From the NCBI GenBank assembly GCA_016930715.1, contig JAFGGC010000013.1, forward strand, positions 135,796 to 199,795: 64,000 nt of DNA. The letters run 5' to 3'. The position numbers were made by a program, and so were the translations under genes. The notes beneath the pieces were generated by a model that made no database searches, was not told where the DNA came from, and saw nothing but the letters and a program-made list of their open reading frames with translations. Below, piece after piece: positions 1 to 9,299 of the stretch (its first letter is position 1; the number at the start of each line of letters is the position of its first letter). This DNA is from Endomicrobiales bacterium (GTDB lineage: Bacteria > Elusimicrobiota > Endomicrobiia > Endomicrobiales > JAFGGC01).

Positions 1-414
1 AACCCCATAGAACAGCTTATAATCACTAACGGAAAAAAGGTATGGGTGTACACGCCCTCTTACAATCAAGTAATCGTTGACAGCTGGAAAAAATGGTCCT
101 CGAACAGCATGATACCTCCTTCCGTGCTCAATTTCGGGGACACCTGGTCTGACTTGAAAAAGAAATACAAATTTACCTACCTCGGCAAGACCGGCGACGA
201 AGAACTCATCGAACTGGTCCCGTTAAAAGACGATATATTCTCAATGAAATTCTGGATAAACAGCAGGACCTATTTTCCCGACAGGGTGGACCTGTCCGGA
301 GAGAACATAATCGTTGAAACAAAGATAAGCGCGTACGAACTGAACCCGAAAATCGACACGAAACTCTTCGAGTTCAAGGCGCCGTCCGGGGCGGACGTCC
401 TCAGCATTCCCTGA
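1..414 (+). CDS. lolA: LolA-like outer-membrane lipoprotein carrier protein, 5'-truncated by the window edge
   Basis: Frame 1 is open from base 1 (NPIEQLIITNGKKVWVYTPSYNQVIVDSW...), so the GTG at 46 in the ORF track is internal. The pattern ITNGKK.W.Y.P..NQV plus the C-terminal LFEFKAPSGADV fits my recollection of the LolA family. Stop is TGA at 412-414. Confidence 0.6.
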   Translation, partial: NPIEQLIITNGKKVWVYTPSYNQVIVDSWKKWSSNSMIPPSVLNFGDTWSDLKKKYKFTYLGKTGDEELIELVPLKDDIFSMKFWINSRTYFPDRVDLSGENIIVETKISAYELNPKIDTKLFEFKAPSGADVLSIP

Positions 415-428
415 TACAATCACGTTGT

Positions 429-455
429 CCGGGTCGCGTTTTTGCGGCGGCCCGG
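429..455 (+). terminator. Stem-loop after lolA (possible weak terminator)
   Basis: ccgggtcgc / gcggcccgg forms a 9-bp stem (one G-U pair) with the 9-nt loop gtttttgcg. No T-tract follows directly, so the terminator function is uncertain. Confidence 0.25.
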
Positions 456-549
456 CAGGAAGCGGGTTTTGAATCAAAAGGCTGTTTTACGTCCGAAAAT
501 GTTTTGCGTTGTTTGCATGTAAACTAAGTGATTTGCGGAGTATTTTCTG

Positions 550-1236
550 ATGAAAATCGGAGAGATGCTGAAGACAAAAAGGGAAAAGACCGGGCTTTCC
601 TTCGAGCAGATTACGAAGAGGACCAGGATACCGCTGAAATACATAAAGGCGCTGGAGTCCGGCGAATACGGAGAATTTCCCGCCGAGGTGTACGTTATCG
701 GATTCTTGAGGAATTATTCCGCTTTTCTGGGCCTTGATTCCGACGAGATCGTAGCCGTGTACAATGCCTCCAAAGGCAGGAATACCGATGATGATGTGGC
801 GGCAGCCCCCTCAAGAAAAATGAAAAAGACCGCTGTCGCTGGCATACTTGTCTGGACGCTCATGGCCGTTGCGATAGGGACGGTTTCGGTTAAGGTGCTC
901 GAGCACCGGTATTCAATACTTAAATATCCGTGCGAGAACGGAAAAAGCTCCGTCACTTCCGCGGCGGAAGGCAGCCCGGGCGCCGGGCTTAAGCTCGAAA
1001 TAGCCGCCAAGCAGGATTCCTGGATACGCGTAGTGGCTGACGGTGCCCAGATTTTCGAGGGGATCCTTTCGGGCGGGAGGAACGAGACATGGACCGCGAA
1101 GAATAAATTTTACGTCATATCGGGGTACGTACCAGGGATAGAAGTAAGGTTGAACGGGGTCCCCGTGGATATGGGCAGGAACGCCAAACAGGATGTCGGC
1201 GAGATAACGCTCTATGCCGATAAAGACGGACGGTGA
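550..1236 (+). CDS. rodZ: RodZ-like helix-turn-helix membrane protein (HTH + TM + DUF4115-like C-terminus)
   Basis: The N-terminus is IGEMLKTKREKTGLSFEQITKRTRIPLKYIKALESGEYGEFPAEVYVIGFLRNYSAFLGLD, the typical RodZ HTH. A central TM segment (VAGILVWTLMAVAIGTV) is present. The C-terminus (LEIAAKQDSWIRVVADG...) resembles DUF4115. Confidence 0.65.
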   Translation: MKIGEMLKTKREKTGLSFEQITKRTRIPLKYIKALESGEYGEFPAEVYVIGFLRNYSAFLGLDSDEIVAVYNASKGRNTDDDVAAAPSRKMKKTAVAGILVWTLMAVAIGTVSVKVLEHRYSILKYPCENGKSSVTSAAEGSPGAGLKLEIAAKQDSWIRVVADGAQIFEGILSGGRNETWTAKNKFYVISGYVPGIEVRLNGVPVDMGRNAKQDVGEITLYADKDGR

Positions 1237-2561
1237 CGCAGGTCTTTGAAAATATGAAAAAGCTTTCCCTGATAATCCTCGGGTGCCCGAAAAACGTGGT
1301 CGAAGGCGAGAACATGGCGGGGCTTCTTAAGGACGCCGGCTGGTCGTTCACGGCGGACGTGAACGAAGCTGACTGTGCCGTGGTGCACACGTGTTCTTTC
1401 ATCAGAGACGCCCAAAGGGAGTCAGAAGCCGCGATACGCCGGCTTTGCGGCCTCAAGAAACGCGGCGGGCTTAAAAAACTGATAGTCACTGGCTGCCACG
1501 TGCAGTCGAATTCCGAATCGCTCATTGACAAGTACCCGGAAGTTGACGGTTTCCTCGGAACCGGAAGCCTGGAAATGATAAATGAGATAGCGGGCCGCGG
1601 GGTTTCATGCCTGGTGACCGAACCCGGCGGTTTCCTTGAGACGCTTCCGGGTAAAGGGAGACTGCTGTCAAGCGCTCTGCCGAGCGCCTACCTGAGGGTC
1701 TCGGAAGGATGCGATCACAGATGCGGTTTCTGCGTGATACCGCGCATGAGGGGCGGATACAGAAGCAGGAAAAAGGAGAACATCGTCCTTGAAGCGCGCG
1801 AGCTGGCTGAACGCGGTGTTAGGGAATTCATTCTCATAGCGCAGGACACCACCTCGTACGGCCGCGATATATACGGTTTCTTCGCTCTTTCAAAACTCTT
1901 GAAAGACCTCTGCCGCGTGGACGGCGTGAAATGGATAAGGCTGATGTATGGGTACCCTGGAAGCGTGACGGACGAACTCCTGGACGTCATCGCCGGCGAG
2001 GACAGGATATGCAAGTACATTGACCTGCCTCTGCAGCACGTCAGCGAAAAAGTCCTGAAGCTGATGAAGCGGCCCGCGGGCGCCAGGCAAACCGCCAGGA
2101 GGGTAAAGAGCCGCGTTCCGGGAGTGTTTTTAAGGACCAGCCTGATAACGGGTTTTCCGGGCGAAGGAAAAAGAGAGTTTGAGGAACTGCTCGGTTTCGT
2201 GTCGGAGGGATGGTTCGACCATATGGGGGTTTTCGAATATTCCGACGTCGAGGGCGCAGCGTCGTGTTCCTTGATAAACAAGATTAAAAAGAATACTGCG
2301 GTTTCAAGGAAGAAAGCGCTGATGCTCGAACAGCAAAGAGTAGTAAAAATTAAAAACGGAAAACTCGTCGGAAAAACCGCCGAGGTGCTGCTTGAAAAAG
2401 GTCTCGGGGGCGGCCGTTTCAGGGGCAGGGCGTGGTTCCAGTCGCCTGAAGTCGACGGATCAGTATTTTTGAAAGCAAAAACCGGGTCAAGGGAAGGAGA
2501 TTTCGTGAAAACTACCATTGAAGGGTTTTCGGGTTACGACCTGAAAGGCGCGCAGAGATGA
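1233..2561 (+). CDS. rimO: Ribosomal protein S12 methylthiotransferase RimO (radical SAM + TRAM)
   Basis: Motifs seen are LGCPKNVVEGE, the radical-SAM cluster CDHRCGFCVIP and a C-terminal TRAM-like region. The GTG at 1233 overlaps the rodZ stop (GTGA). ATG at 1254 (MKKLSLIILGCPKN) is an equally plausible start. Confidence 0.8.
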   Translation: MTQVFENMKKLSLIILGCPKNVVEGENMAGLLKDAGWSFTADVNEADCAVVHTCSFIRDAQRESEAAIRRLCGLKKRGGLKKLIVTGCHVQSNSESLIDKYPEVDGFLGTGSLEMINEIAGRGVSCLVTEPGGFLETLPGKGRLLSSALPSAYLRVSEGCDHRCGFCVIPRMRGGYRSRKKENIVLEARELAERGVREFILIAQDTTSYGRDIYGFFALSKLLKDLCRVDGVKWIRLMYGYPGSVTDELLDVIAGEDRICKYIDLPLQHVSEKVLKLMKRPAGARQTARRVKSRVPGVFLRTSLITGFPGEGKREFEELLGFVSEGWFDHMGVFEYSDVEGAASCSLINKIKKNTAVSRKKALMLEQQRVVKIKNGKLVGKTAEVLLEKGLGGGRFRGRAWFQSPEVDGSVFLKAKTGSREGDFVKTTIEGFSGYDLKGAQR

Positions 2562-3175
2562 ACCTTGCCAACAAACTCACGTTAATAAGGATAGGGCTCG
2601 TGCCGGTCCTTATACTTTTTATGTACCTGAACAATTTCTGGACGAGAATAATCGCCTTGTTGATATTCATCATCGCGGCGGTAACCGACGTCTATGACGG
2701 CATGGTGGCGAGAAGGCAGAAAACCGTGACAACCCTCGGTATTTTCTTGGATCCGCTGGCGGACAAACTCATAATCTCGGCGGCGCTCATCTCATTCGTG
2801 GGCTTGAAGGAGCTTCACGTCCCAGCGTGGATGATTATACTGATAATTTCACGGGAGTTCATAATAACGGGTTTGAGGTCCATCGCTGCGACCAAAAACG
2901 TTGTCATACCGGCGAGCAAGTCCGGAAAGTTCAAAACGACGTCCCAGATTTTTTCGATAATAGTTTTGATGCTCGTTTTGATTGTTAACTCCGCGCTTTG
3001 GCGTTTTTACCAAATCAGGTCTCCCATGCTCCTTGAACAGTCCGGATGGGGTTTCGCGCTGGGGTGGGTGCTCGTCAAACTGCCTTTCTGGCTGATGCTT
3101 GTCACGACGCTCTTGACGATAATATCGGGTTTCACGTACATATCAAAGCACAGGGAACTTCTCAGGGAAAAATGA
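2558..3175 (+). CDS. pgsA: CDP-diacylglycerol--glycerol-3-phosphate 3-phosphatidyltransferase
   Basis: NLANKLTLIRI plus the CDP-alcohol phosphatidyltransferase motif DVYDGMVARR...GIFLDPLADKL. Multi-TM protein. ATGA overlap with rimO. Confidence 0.85.
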   Translation: MNLANKLTLIRIGLVPVLILFMYLNNFWTRIIALLIFIIAAVTDVYDGMVARRQKTVTTLGIFLDPLADKLIISAALISFVGLKELHVPAWMIILIISREFIITGLRSIAATKNVVIPASKSGKFKTTSQIFSIIVLMLVLIVNSALWRFYQIRSPMLLEQSGWGFALGWVLVKLPFWLMLVTTLLTIISGFTYISKHRELLREK

Positions 3176-3633
3176 ACCTAGTAATAAAAATTCTTGCGAC
3201 CGGTCTCGGCACCGGCTACAGCCCTTTCGCTTCGGGCACGGTGGCAAGCGCCGCAGCCCTCGGGATATACTTCTGCCTGTTTCCTTCAGACCCGCTGGCG
3301 GCCCTTGCGGTGGTCGCGGCCGTAACGGCGGTTTCGATACCGGTCTGCTCGAAGGCGGAGAAAATATTCGGGATGAAGGACGATTCGCGCATAACTCTCG
3401 ACGAGTTCGTGGGCATGTGGATATCGCTTCTTTTCCTGCCGCACGCTCCGAAGATTTTTGCCTTCGCTTTCCTGTTTTTCAGGGTTTACGACGTCTACAA
3501 GCCGTTCGGCATAAAGAGAGTCCAGAAGCTCGGCGGCGGTACGGGCGTTGTAGGGGACGATATCCTTGCGGGGATCGCCGCCAATCTTTCCATGCAGGCG
3601 CTGTTATGGATAAATTTTTTGCGGTTGAAATAG
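3172..3633 (+). CDS. pgpA: Phosphatidylglycerophosphatase A
   Basis: Motifs LATGLGTGYSPFASGTVAS, DEFVGMW, FRVYDVYKPFGIK and GGTGVVGDDILAGI are PgpA-like. I chose the ATG at 3172 (ATGA overlap with the pgsA stop), not the upstream in-frame 3046 of the ORF track. Confidence 0.8.
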   Translation: MNLVIKILATGLGTGYSPFASGTVASAAALGIYFCLFPSDPLAALAVVAAVTAVSIPVCSKAEKIFGMKDDSRITLDEFVGMWISLLFLPHAPKIFAFAFLFFRVYDVYKPFGIKRVQKLGGGTGVVGDDILAGIAANLSMQALLWINFLRLK

Positions 3634-4247
3634 CCATAGTCGGAAATCTCGCGACGAACTGCTACATCGTCTATGAGCCTTCATCTGGTTCGGGCGTCGT
3701 GATAGACCCTGGAGCCGAGGCCGAGTTCATAATCAAGAAGATAGAAGCCAAAAAGATAAAACCCAGAGCCATAATAAATACCCACGCCCACGCCGACCAC
3801 ATCGAAGCCAACGCCAAGATAAAGAAAAAGTACAAAATACCCATTTACGTCCACCGTTCAGACGCCGTAATGCTCAGGGACGAGATAATGAACGGTTCCA
3901 TGCTCGTCGGGGAGGCCTTCAAGTCGCCGGAGGCCGACGTGCTCATCGAGCACGGCGATAAGATAAGCGTTGGGAACCTGTCTTTTGAGGTTTTCCATAC
4001 GCCCGGCCACTCGGCGGGGGGCATCTGCCTCTACATCGGGAACACGCTTTTTACCGGGGACACCCTTTTCAAGGAAACCGTGGGCAGGTGGGACCTGCCC
4101 GGAGGCGACGAGAAGGCCCTAATGCGCTCTTTAAGGACCTTTGACTCGTTTCCCAAGGAAACGGTCATACTTCCCGGCCACGGCGAGGCGAGCACTCTCG
4201 ACTACGAGTACGCCCACAACCCGTTCTTCGAAAAGCGGAGGAGATGA
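3606..4247 (+). CDS. MBL-fold metallo-hydrolase (glyoxalase II-like)
   Basis: NCYIVYE..GSGVVIDPG, the HxHxDH motif (THAHADH), TPGHSAGG and LPGHG. The ATG at 3606 (MDKFFAVE) is preferred, because the N-terminal extension of the 3417 ORF is Arg-rich nonsense overlapping pgpA. Confidence 0.75.
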   Translation: MDKFFAVEIAIVGNLATNCYIVYEPSSGSGVVIDPGAEAEFIIKKIEAKKIKPRAIINTHAHADHIEANAKIKKKYKIPIYVHRSDAVMLRDEIMNGSMLVGEAFKSPEADVLIEHGDKISVGNLSFEVFHTPGHSAGGICLYIGNTLFTGDTLFKETVGRWDLPGGDEKALMRSLRTFDSFPKETVILPGHGEASTLDYEYAHNPFFEKRRR

Positions 4248-5122
4248 CGGAATACCTGAAAGGCTTCATTTCGTACCTGTCGGCCGAAAAAGGGCTCTCA
4301 AAAAACACCCTTCTTGCATATTCATCCGACCTCGACAATTTCACGGGATACCTTAAAAGAATAAAGAAATCGCCGCTGAACATAACCCACGAAAACCTCA
4401 CCGATTTTCTGTGGCACGAGAAGATGCGGGGTTTGAAGCCGCGTTCGCTCTACCGCCTGATGGAAACGCTCCGGCACTTCTACAGGTTTTTGGTCGCCGA
4501 AGGGATAATGAAAAAAAACCCGGCCTCCACGCTGGTGGCGCCGAAGATTCCCGGGAAGCTCCCGTCGATGCTGAACAAGGACGAGGTCGAAAGGCTGCTT
4601 TCCGCCGCGTCCGGCGAAAAAGAAAGAGAAGTCCGGAACAGGGCGATGCTTGAGCTCTTGTACGCCACGGGTTTGAGGGTTTCCGAGCTCGTGAACCTTG
4701 AAACGGACAATGTCGATTTCGGCATTTCCTGCGTGCGTGTGATAGGCAAGGGCAATAAGGAGAGGATAGTCCCGGTAGGAAAGACGGCCGTCAGATACCT
4801 TGAGAAATACATCGCGCTGCGAAATAAAAAATCAGGGGCATCGGAAAAGGGCCTGTTCCTTTCAAAGCTCGGCAGAAAGATGTCGCGCGTCGAGTTCTGG
4901 CGCCAGCTCAAGAACTACGCGAGAAAAGCGGGTATCACGAAAAACATTACTCCGCACGTCCTCAGGCATTCTTTCGCGTCCCACATGCTCTCCGGAGGGG
5001 CCGACCTGCGCTTCGTTCAGGAGATGCTCGGGCACAGCTCGATTTCCACCACCCAGATATACACCCACGTCGATACCGACCGCCTCAAGGAATTGCACAA
5101 AAAATACCATCCAAGGGGATGA
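4244..5122 (+). CDS. xerD: Tyrosine site-specific recombinase XerD/XerC
   Basis: The N-terminal SAM-like domain reads FISYLSAEKGLSKNTLLAYSSDLDNF. Catalytic-domain motifs are ELLYATGLRVSEL, GKGNKERIVP, HVLRHSFASHML, LGHSSISTTQIYTH. ATGA overlap with the preceding gene. Confidence 0.75.
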   Translation: MTEYLKGFISYLSAEKGLSKNTLLAYSSDLDNFTGYLKRIKKSPLNITHENLTDFLWHEKMRGLKPRSLYRLMETLRHFYRFLVAEGIMKKNPASTLVAPKIPGKLPSMLNKDEVERLLSAASGEKEREVRNRAMLELLYATGLRVSELVNLETDNVDFGISCVRVIGKGNKERIVPVGKTAVRYLEKYIALRNKKSGASEKGLFLSKLGRKMSRVEFWRQLKNYARKAGITKNITPHVLRHSFASHMLSGGADLRFVQEMLGHSSISTTQIYTHVDTDRLKELHKKYHPRG

Positions 5123-5146
5123 CGTTTTGCGGATATAGCCGGTTCA

Positions 5147-5175
5147 TTGAAATTTCGCCGGCAAAAGAGTATAAT
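5147..5175 (+). promoter_or_regulatory. Sigma-70-like promoter of the MoxR/Bat block
   Basis: TTGAAA (5147-5152), a 17-nt spacer, then TATAAT (5170-5175). A GGAGG Shine-Dalgarno at 5189-5193 precedes the GTG start at 5199. Confidence 0.55.
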
Positions 5176-5198
5176 TAACATACACGCTGGAGGTTAAA

Positions 5199-6212
5199 GT
5201 GGCTGAAATTTCAGACAAAAAAGACACCGAGCTTGTTGACAAACTGCGGAAGGGATTCATCTCGATAAAGGCGCAGCTTTCCAAGATAATAGTGGGCCAG
5301 GAGCGCGTTATCGAGGAGATGCTCATATCGCTTTTCGGCCGCGGACACGTCCTAATAGTGGGGGTTCCGGGCCTTGCAAAAACGCTTCTGATTTCAAGCC
5401 TCGCTCAGATACTCGACCTCGAGTTCAAAAGAATACAGTTCACGCCGGACTTGATGCCCGCCGACATAACCGGAACCGAGATAATCGAGCAGGACCCGGG
5501 CACGGGGAAACGCACCTTCAGGTTCGTGAAAGGTCCTCTCTTCGGCCAGATAATACTTGCCGATGAAATAAACCGCACGCCCCCGAAGACCCAGGCCGCG
5601 CTTCTGCAGGCAATGCAGGAGTGCAGGATAACGGCGGCCGGCCAGACCTACGAGCTTAAACTTCCGTTTTTCGTGCTTGCCACGCAGAATCCCATAGAGC
5701 AGGAAGGAACGTACCCGCTTCCGGAAGCCCAGCTTGACAGGTTCTTCTTTCAGATTAACATGGATTATCCCTCATACGGCGAGGAAAAAACGATAGTCAC
5801 ACAGACCACGGGCACGTGGTCGCCGAAGCTGGAAAAAAGCCTGTCAAACAAGGAGATACTGGCGCTTCAGGACATAGTGCGGAAAGTGCCGGCGTCCGAC
5901 TACACGGTTGATTACGCGGTCAAGCTTGCCCGTGCTTCGAGGCCGAAGGAGGATTCCGCTCCGGACTTCGTGAAGCAGTTCGTCAGCTGGGGAGCCGGGC
6001 CCCGCGGGGCGCAGGCCCTTATAATCGGCGCGAAAGCGCGGGCCCTTTTGAACGGGCGCTACGCCGTGTCCTGCGACGACGTTAAGGCCGTGGCCTTTCC
6101 GAGCCTCAGGCACCGCATAATAGTCAATTTCAACGCGGAAGCCGAGGGTATTAGTTCAGAAGAAATAATAAGACGCCTGCTTGATAACGTCCAGCCCGAA
6201 CGTTCTGTATGA
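5199..6212 (+). CDS. MoxR-family AAA+ ATPase
   Basis: Walker A is VGVPGLAKT. Also seen are FTPDLMPADITG, ILADEINRTPPKTQAALLQAMQE, VLATQNPIEQEGTYPLPEAQLDRF. This is a classical MoxR (AAA_3) signature. Confidence 0.9.
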   Translation: MAEISDKKDTELVDKLRKGFISIKAQLSKIIVGQERVIEEMLISLFGRGHVLIVGVPGLAKTLLISSLAQILDLEFKRIQFTPDLMPADITGTEIIEQDPGTGKRTFRFVKGPLFGQIILADEINRTPPKTQAALLQAMQECRITAAGQTYELKLPFFVLATQNPIEQEGTYPLPEAQLDRFFFQINMDYPSYGEEKTIVTQTTGTWSPKLEKSLSNKEILALQDIVRKVPASDYTVDYAVKLARASRPKEDSAPDFVKQFVSWGAGPRGAQALIIGAKARALLNGRYAVSCDDVKAVAFPSLRHRIIVNFNAEAEGISSEEIIRRLLDNVQPERSV

Positions 6213-6235
6213 GATTGCCGACAAGGCCGGCAATC
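6213..6235 (+). other. Stem-loop immediately after the moxR stop
   Basis: gattgccg / cggcaatc forms an 8-bp stem with the 7-nt loop acaaggc. There is no T-tract. It may be a processing or stability element or part of the adjacent repeat element. Confidence 0.3.
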
Positions 6236-6238
6236 TCT

Positions 6239-6321
6239 GATTACACCGATTAATACGGGGATTAAACAGATTAAGGTCTGTCGACGTATCTGTGTAATCG
6301 GTTTAAAAAATCTGTGGAATC
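6239..6321. repeat. Repeat family 1, copy a (2 forward + 2 reverse GATTACACAGATT-type boxes)
   Basis: Forward boxes are gattacaccgatt (6239-6251) and gattaaacagatt (6260-6272). Reverse boxes are atctgtgtaatc (6288-6299) and aatctgtggaatc (6309-6321). The architecture matches the copies at 30042 and 41179. Confidence 0.8.
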
Positions 6322-6330
6322 CTGTTTTCA

Positions 6331-7203
6331 ATGAAATACCTCGATTCTCTCACCTTAGCCAAGATCTCCAAATTCAATCTCAAAGTGCGGTATGTCGTTG
6401 AGGGAGTAATGAGCGGTCTCCATTCGAGCCCGCTCAAGGGGCACTCGCTCGAATTCGCCCAGCACAGGGAGTATTCTTCCGGGGACGAGCTGCGGCACAT
6501 CGACTGGAAAATATACGGGAGAACCGAAAGGTTCTTCGTCAAGCAGTTCCAGGACGAAACCAACCTGCGTGCCTACATACTTCTTGACGCCTCCGCGTCG
6601 ATGGGGTATTCCTCCGGGAAAAACCCGAAAAAAATGGAGTACGCCGCGCAGCTTTCTGCGGCTCTCGCCTACCTTCTTGTTCATCAGGAGGACTCGGTTG
6701 GTTTTTCGATGTTTGATTCCTCTCTGCGGTTCTTTGTCCCTCCGTTCCACAGAGTAAGCCACCTGGCAACCATATTTGACAGGCTCGAGCACGTTGAGAC
6801 AGGCGGCGAAACGGACATCGATGGGATCTTGCGGGATTTCGCAAGGCACGTCAAGAAAAGGTCGTTGTTGATCGTTGTTTCCGACCTTCTTGACGATCCG
6901 GAAAAGACCCTCAAGGCCCTAAAATATTTTCGTTTCCGCCACCACCAGATCATCGTCCTTCAGGTCCTCGACAGGCAGGAGGTCGATTTCGGTTTTTCGG
7001 GAGAGAACCTGTTCAGGCATCTTGAGACCGGCGGAGGGCTCTTTGTAGATGCCGACGAGCTGAGGGCTTCCTACAGGCAGGTTTTCGGTTCGTTCGTCGA
7101 AAAATACAAGTCGGGTTTCAGGCAGGCGGGAATAGAATACTTTCTCGTGACAACCGACGTTCCGATCGAAGTATCTCTGGCAAAATGTCTCACGGCCAGG
7201 TAA
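6331..7203 (+). CDS. DUF58 domain protein (MoxR partner)
   Basis: G.H.S...G.S.EF..HREY..GD..R.IDWK.Y.R....FVKQF, followed by LDASASM, which is the DUF58 hallmark. The gene position after MoxR is canonical. Confidence 0.85.
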   Translation: MKYLDSLTLAKISKFNLKVRYVVEGVMSGLHSSPLKGHSLEFAQHREYSSGDELRHIDWKIYGRTERFFVKQFQDETNLRAYILLDASASMGYSSGKNPKKMEYAAQLSAALAYLLVHQEDSVGFSMFDSSLRFFVPPFHRVSHLATIFDRLEHVETGGETDIDGILRDFARHVKKRSLLIVVSDLLDDPEKTLKALKYFRFRHHQIIVLQVLDRQEVDFGFSGENLFRHLETGGGLFVDADELRASYRQVFGSFVEKYKSGFRQAGIEYFLVTTDVPIEVSLAKCLTAR

Positions 7204-7205
7204 AG

Positions 7206-7297
7206 AGTGCAAGTTGAATGGTATATGCTGTTGGCAATACAAAAGACATCCGAGGTACGTGCTTTTAACTTTCAACATTTACCTTTTACCATTTGTC
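7206..7297. repeat. Repeat family 2, copy a (inverted heptamer arrays)
   Basis: Forward heptamers are agtgcaa, gttgaat and ggtatat (7206-7226). Reverse heptamers are ttttaac, tttcaac, atttacc, ttttacc and atttgtc (7263-7297), the reverse complement of GGTAAAA/GTTGAAA-type units. Confidence 0.65.
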
Positions 7298-7304
7298 ATT
7301 ATTT

Positions 7305-9299
7305 ATGAGCATCTCTTTCCTTAATCCATCGTATTTGTGGTTTCTGCCCCTGGCACTCGGGCCCCTGGTCATCTATTTCCTTTACAGGAAAAACCCGAAG
7401 AAGATAGAATTTTCCGACCTGCGTTTTATCGAAGAGGCCTTGAAGCGGATAAGCCGGCGCCTGAGGTTCAAGCAGAACCTCCTTCTCATTGTAAGGATGC
7501 TCATAGTCCTTTTGCTCGTGTTGTTCTTTTCAAGGCCCGTCAGGCATATCCTGTCTTCGGGTGTTTCAAAGGAAGCGGGAAACATCGCGGTGGTCCTGGC
7601 TCTTGACGTTTCCTATTCAATGTCCTGCGTGTCCGACGGCAGGAAGAACCTGGAGTATTACAAGGACGCGGGAAAAAAAATAATCGACTTACTCCCTTCT
7701 TCGGCAAGGATAGGCGTCGTGGTTTATTCCGACAGGGTGCACTCCGCCACGCCGGTGCTCTCGTCCGACAGGAATTACCTTGCCGGGATCATCGGGCAGG
7801 CCAAACCGACCGATTTTACCACCAAACATGCCGCCGCGTTCGAGGAAGCACAGCGCCTGCTCGGTTCCGGAACGTTTTCGAACACCACCGTTGTCTTTCT
7901 TTCCGACCTTGCAGCTCACGGTTTCGGCGCGAAGATAAAAACCGTTTCCGGAAAAACACGGGTGATAGCCATAGACAGAGACAGGCCGTGCGAGAATTTT
8001 TGGATAGACGACGCGAGGCTCTCATACGATGCCGCCGCAAAGCATTGGCAGGTTGAGGTGACGGGCGGTTCGCATCCGGCCGGGAAAACCGGGGCAAGGT
8101 CCGTGTCATACCATGCCGGGTTAATCAAGGTGGGAGAGGATTTCATAAAACCAGGAGAGGACGGCAGGTTCAGGCACGTTTATTCCTTCAGACGGGGTGA
8201 AGGTGAGTCATGTTCGGGGCGCGTCAGGATCGAGCAGGACGCGCTTGACGCGGACAATGTGTTCCATTTTGCCGCCAGAAGGCCGGGGGAGTTCGGGGTC
8301 TGGCTCGTGGACGGCGACCCGAAATTCGGAGCCGGGTCGGAGAGCTATTATTTAAGGAATATCTTCCCTGCGGCCGAGGTATTGACCGAAAGCGAGGTTC
8401 CCGGCGCTTCTTTTAACGCGCCAGGGGTCATTATTCTTGCCAACGTGCGCCAGGACAGCGAGCGCGTCGCGGATTTCGTCAAGAACGGAGGGGGGCTCAT
8501 TGTGTTCCCCGGCAGCAACACGACGGATGAGTTCTCACCGCCGTATCTTCCGGCTTCTTTCGGCCAGAGGTTCAGAAAATCGATGAACGTCACCTGGCAG
8601 GACGCCGGTTTCTGGGAAGAGCTCGGGACTTCACCCGAAGAGTTTGAATGGCAAAGAATCAGCGTCGAAAGCGGTTTTTACATGAAACCCGAACAGGGTT
8701 CGCGTGTGCTCGCCTCGCTTTCCGACGGCTGGCCTTTCGCGGTCGTCGGCGGCTACGGCTCCGGAAGGGTGGTCGTGTTCGCCACCAGCGCCGACAGGGA
8801 CTGGAGCAACATCGTAAGCAAGCCGGTGTACGCCCCGCTTCTTTCCGGTCTCGCGAGGCATCTTTCCGGTACGCAGGACAACGTTGGGATCAAGTATCTT
8901 AAGGCCGGCGAAGTACTGAGGGTGCAGCATAAGGGGCCCTGCACGGTTGTCCTTCCGGAAGGCGGAAGGGAGAAGTGCGAAGGCGGTCCGAACGAGGTAA
9001 TATTCGAGAACACTTCGCGGACCGGCGTGTACGCCGTTTTATCGGACGGAAAGGAGGTCGCCAGAGCGCTGGTCAATCTGGATACGGGTTCGGATGAAGG
9101 CAATACATCAAGGGCGTCTTCCGGCGAGATAAGGAAGTATTTCAGCCCGAACCCGGTTTACGAGCTTCCGGAAAACGGATGGGAAGACAGGCTGTCGGCT
9201 ATTATCGCGGGAAAAGAGGTTTCTGACGGGTTATTGTTCGCGGTCCTGCTGCTTCTTGCGGGTGAAGTTTTGCTTTCCTCGAGGAAAAGAGAAACATGA
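7305..9299 (+). CDS. BatA-N-terminal-domain / vWA membrane protein
   Basis: The N-terminus FLNPSYLWFLPLALGPLVIYFLYR is the aerotolerance-regulator N-terminal double-TM domain. The MIDAS-like motif is LDVSYSMS. A C-terminal TM is present. ATG at 7305 is preferred over the TTG at 7293 in the ORF track. Confidence 0.75.
   Translation: MSISFLNPSYLWFLPLALGPLVIYFLYRKNPKKIEFSDLRFIEEALKRISRRLRFKQNLLLIVRMLIVLLLVLFFSRPVRHILSSGVSKEAGNIAVVLALDVSYSMSCVSDGRKNLEYYKDAGKKIIDLLPSSARIGVVVYSDRVHSATPVLSSDRNYLAGIIGQAKPTDFTTKHAAAFEEAQRLLGSGTFSNTTVVFLSDLAAHGFGAKIKTVSGKTRVIAIDRDRPCENFWIDDARLSYDAAAKHWQVEVTGGSHPAGKTGARSVSYHAGLIKVGEDFIKPGEDGRFRHVYSFRRGEGESCSGRVRIEQDALDADNVFHFAARRPGEFGVWLVDGDPKFGAGSESYYLRNIFPAAEVLTESEVPGASFNAPGVIILANVRQDSERVADFVKNGGGLIVFPGSNTTDEFSPPYLPASFGQRFRKSMNVTWQDAGFWEELGTSPEEFEWQRISVESGFYMKPEQGSRVLASLSDGWPFAVVGGYGSGRVVVFATSADRDWSNIVSKPVYAPLLSGLARHLSGTQDNVGIKYLKAGEVLRVQHKGPCTVVLPEGGREKCEGGPNEVIFENTSRTGVYAVLSDGKEVARALVNLDTGSDEGNTSRASSGEIRKYFSPNPVYELPENGWEDRLSAIIAGKEVSDGLLFAVLLLLAGEVLLSSRKRET

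Noticed and set aside
4244-5122. The tyrosine recombinase could indicate an integrative mobile element.
   Set aside because: The sequence and length fit chromosomal XerD/XerC. It is translationally coupled to housekeeping genes. No flanking direct repeats, tRNA target or cargo genes are evident.
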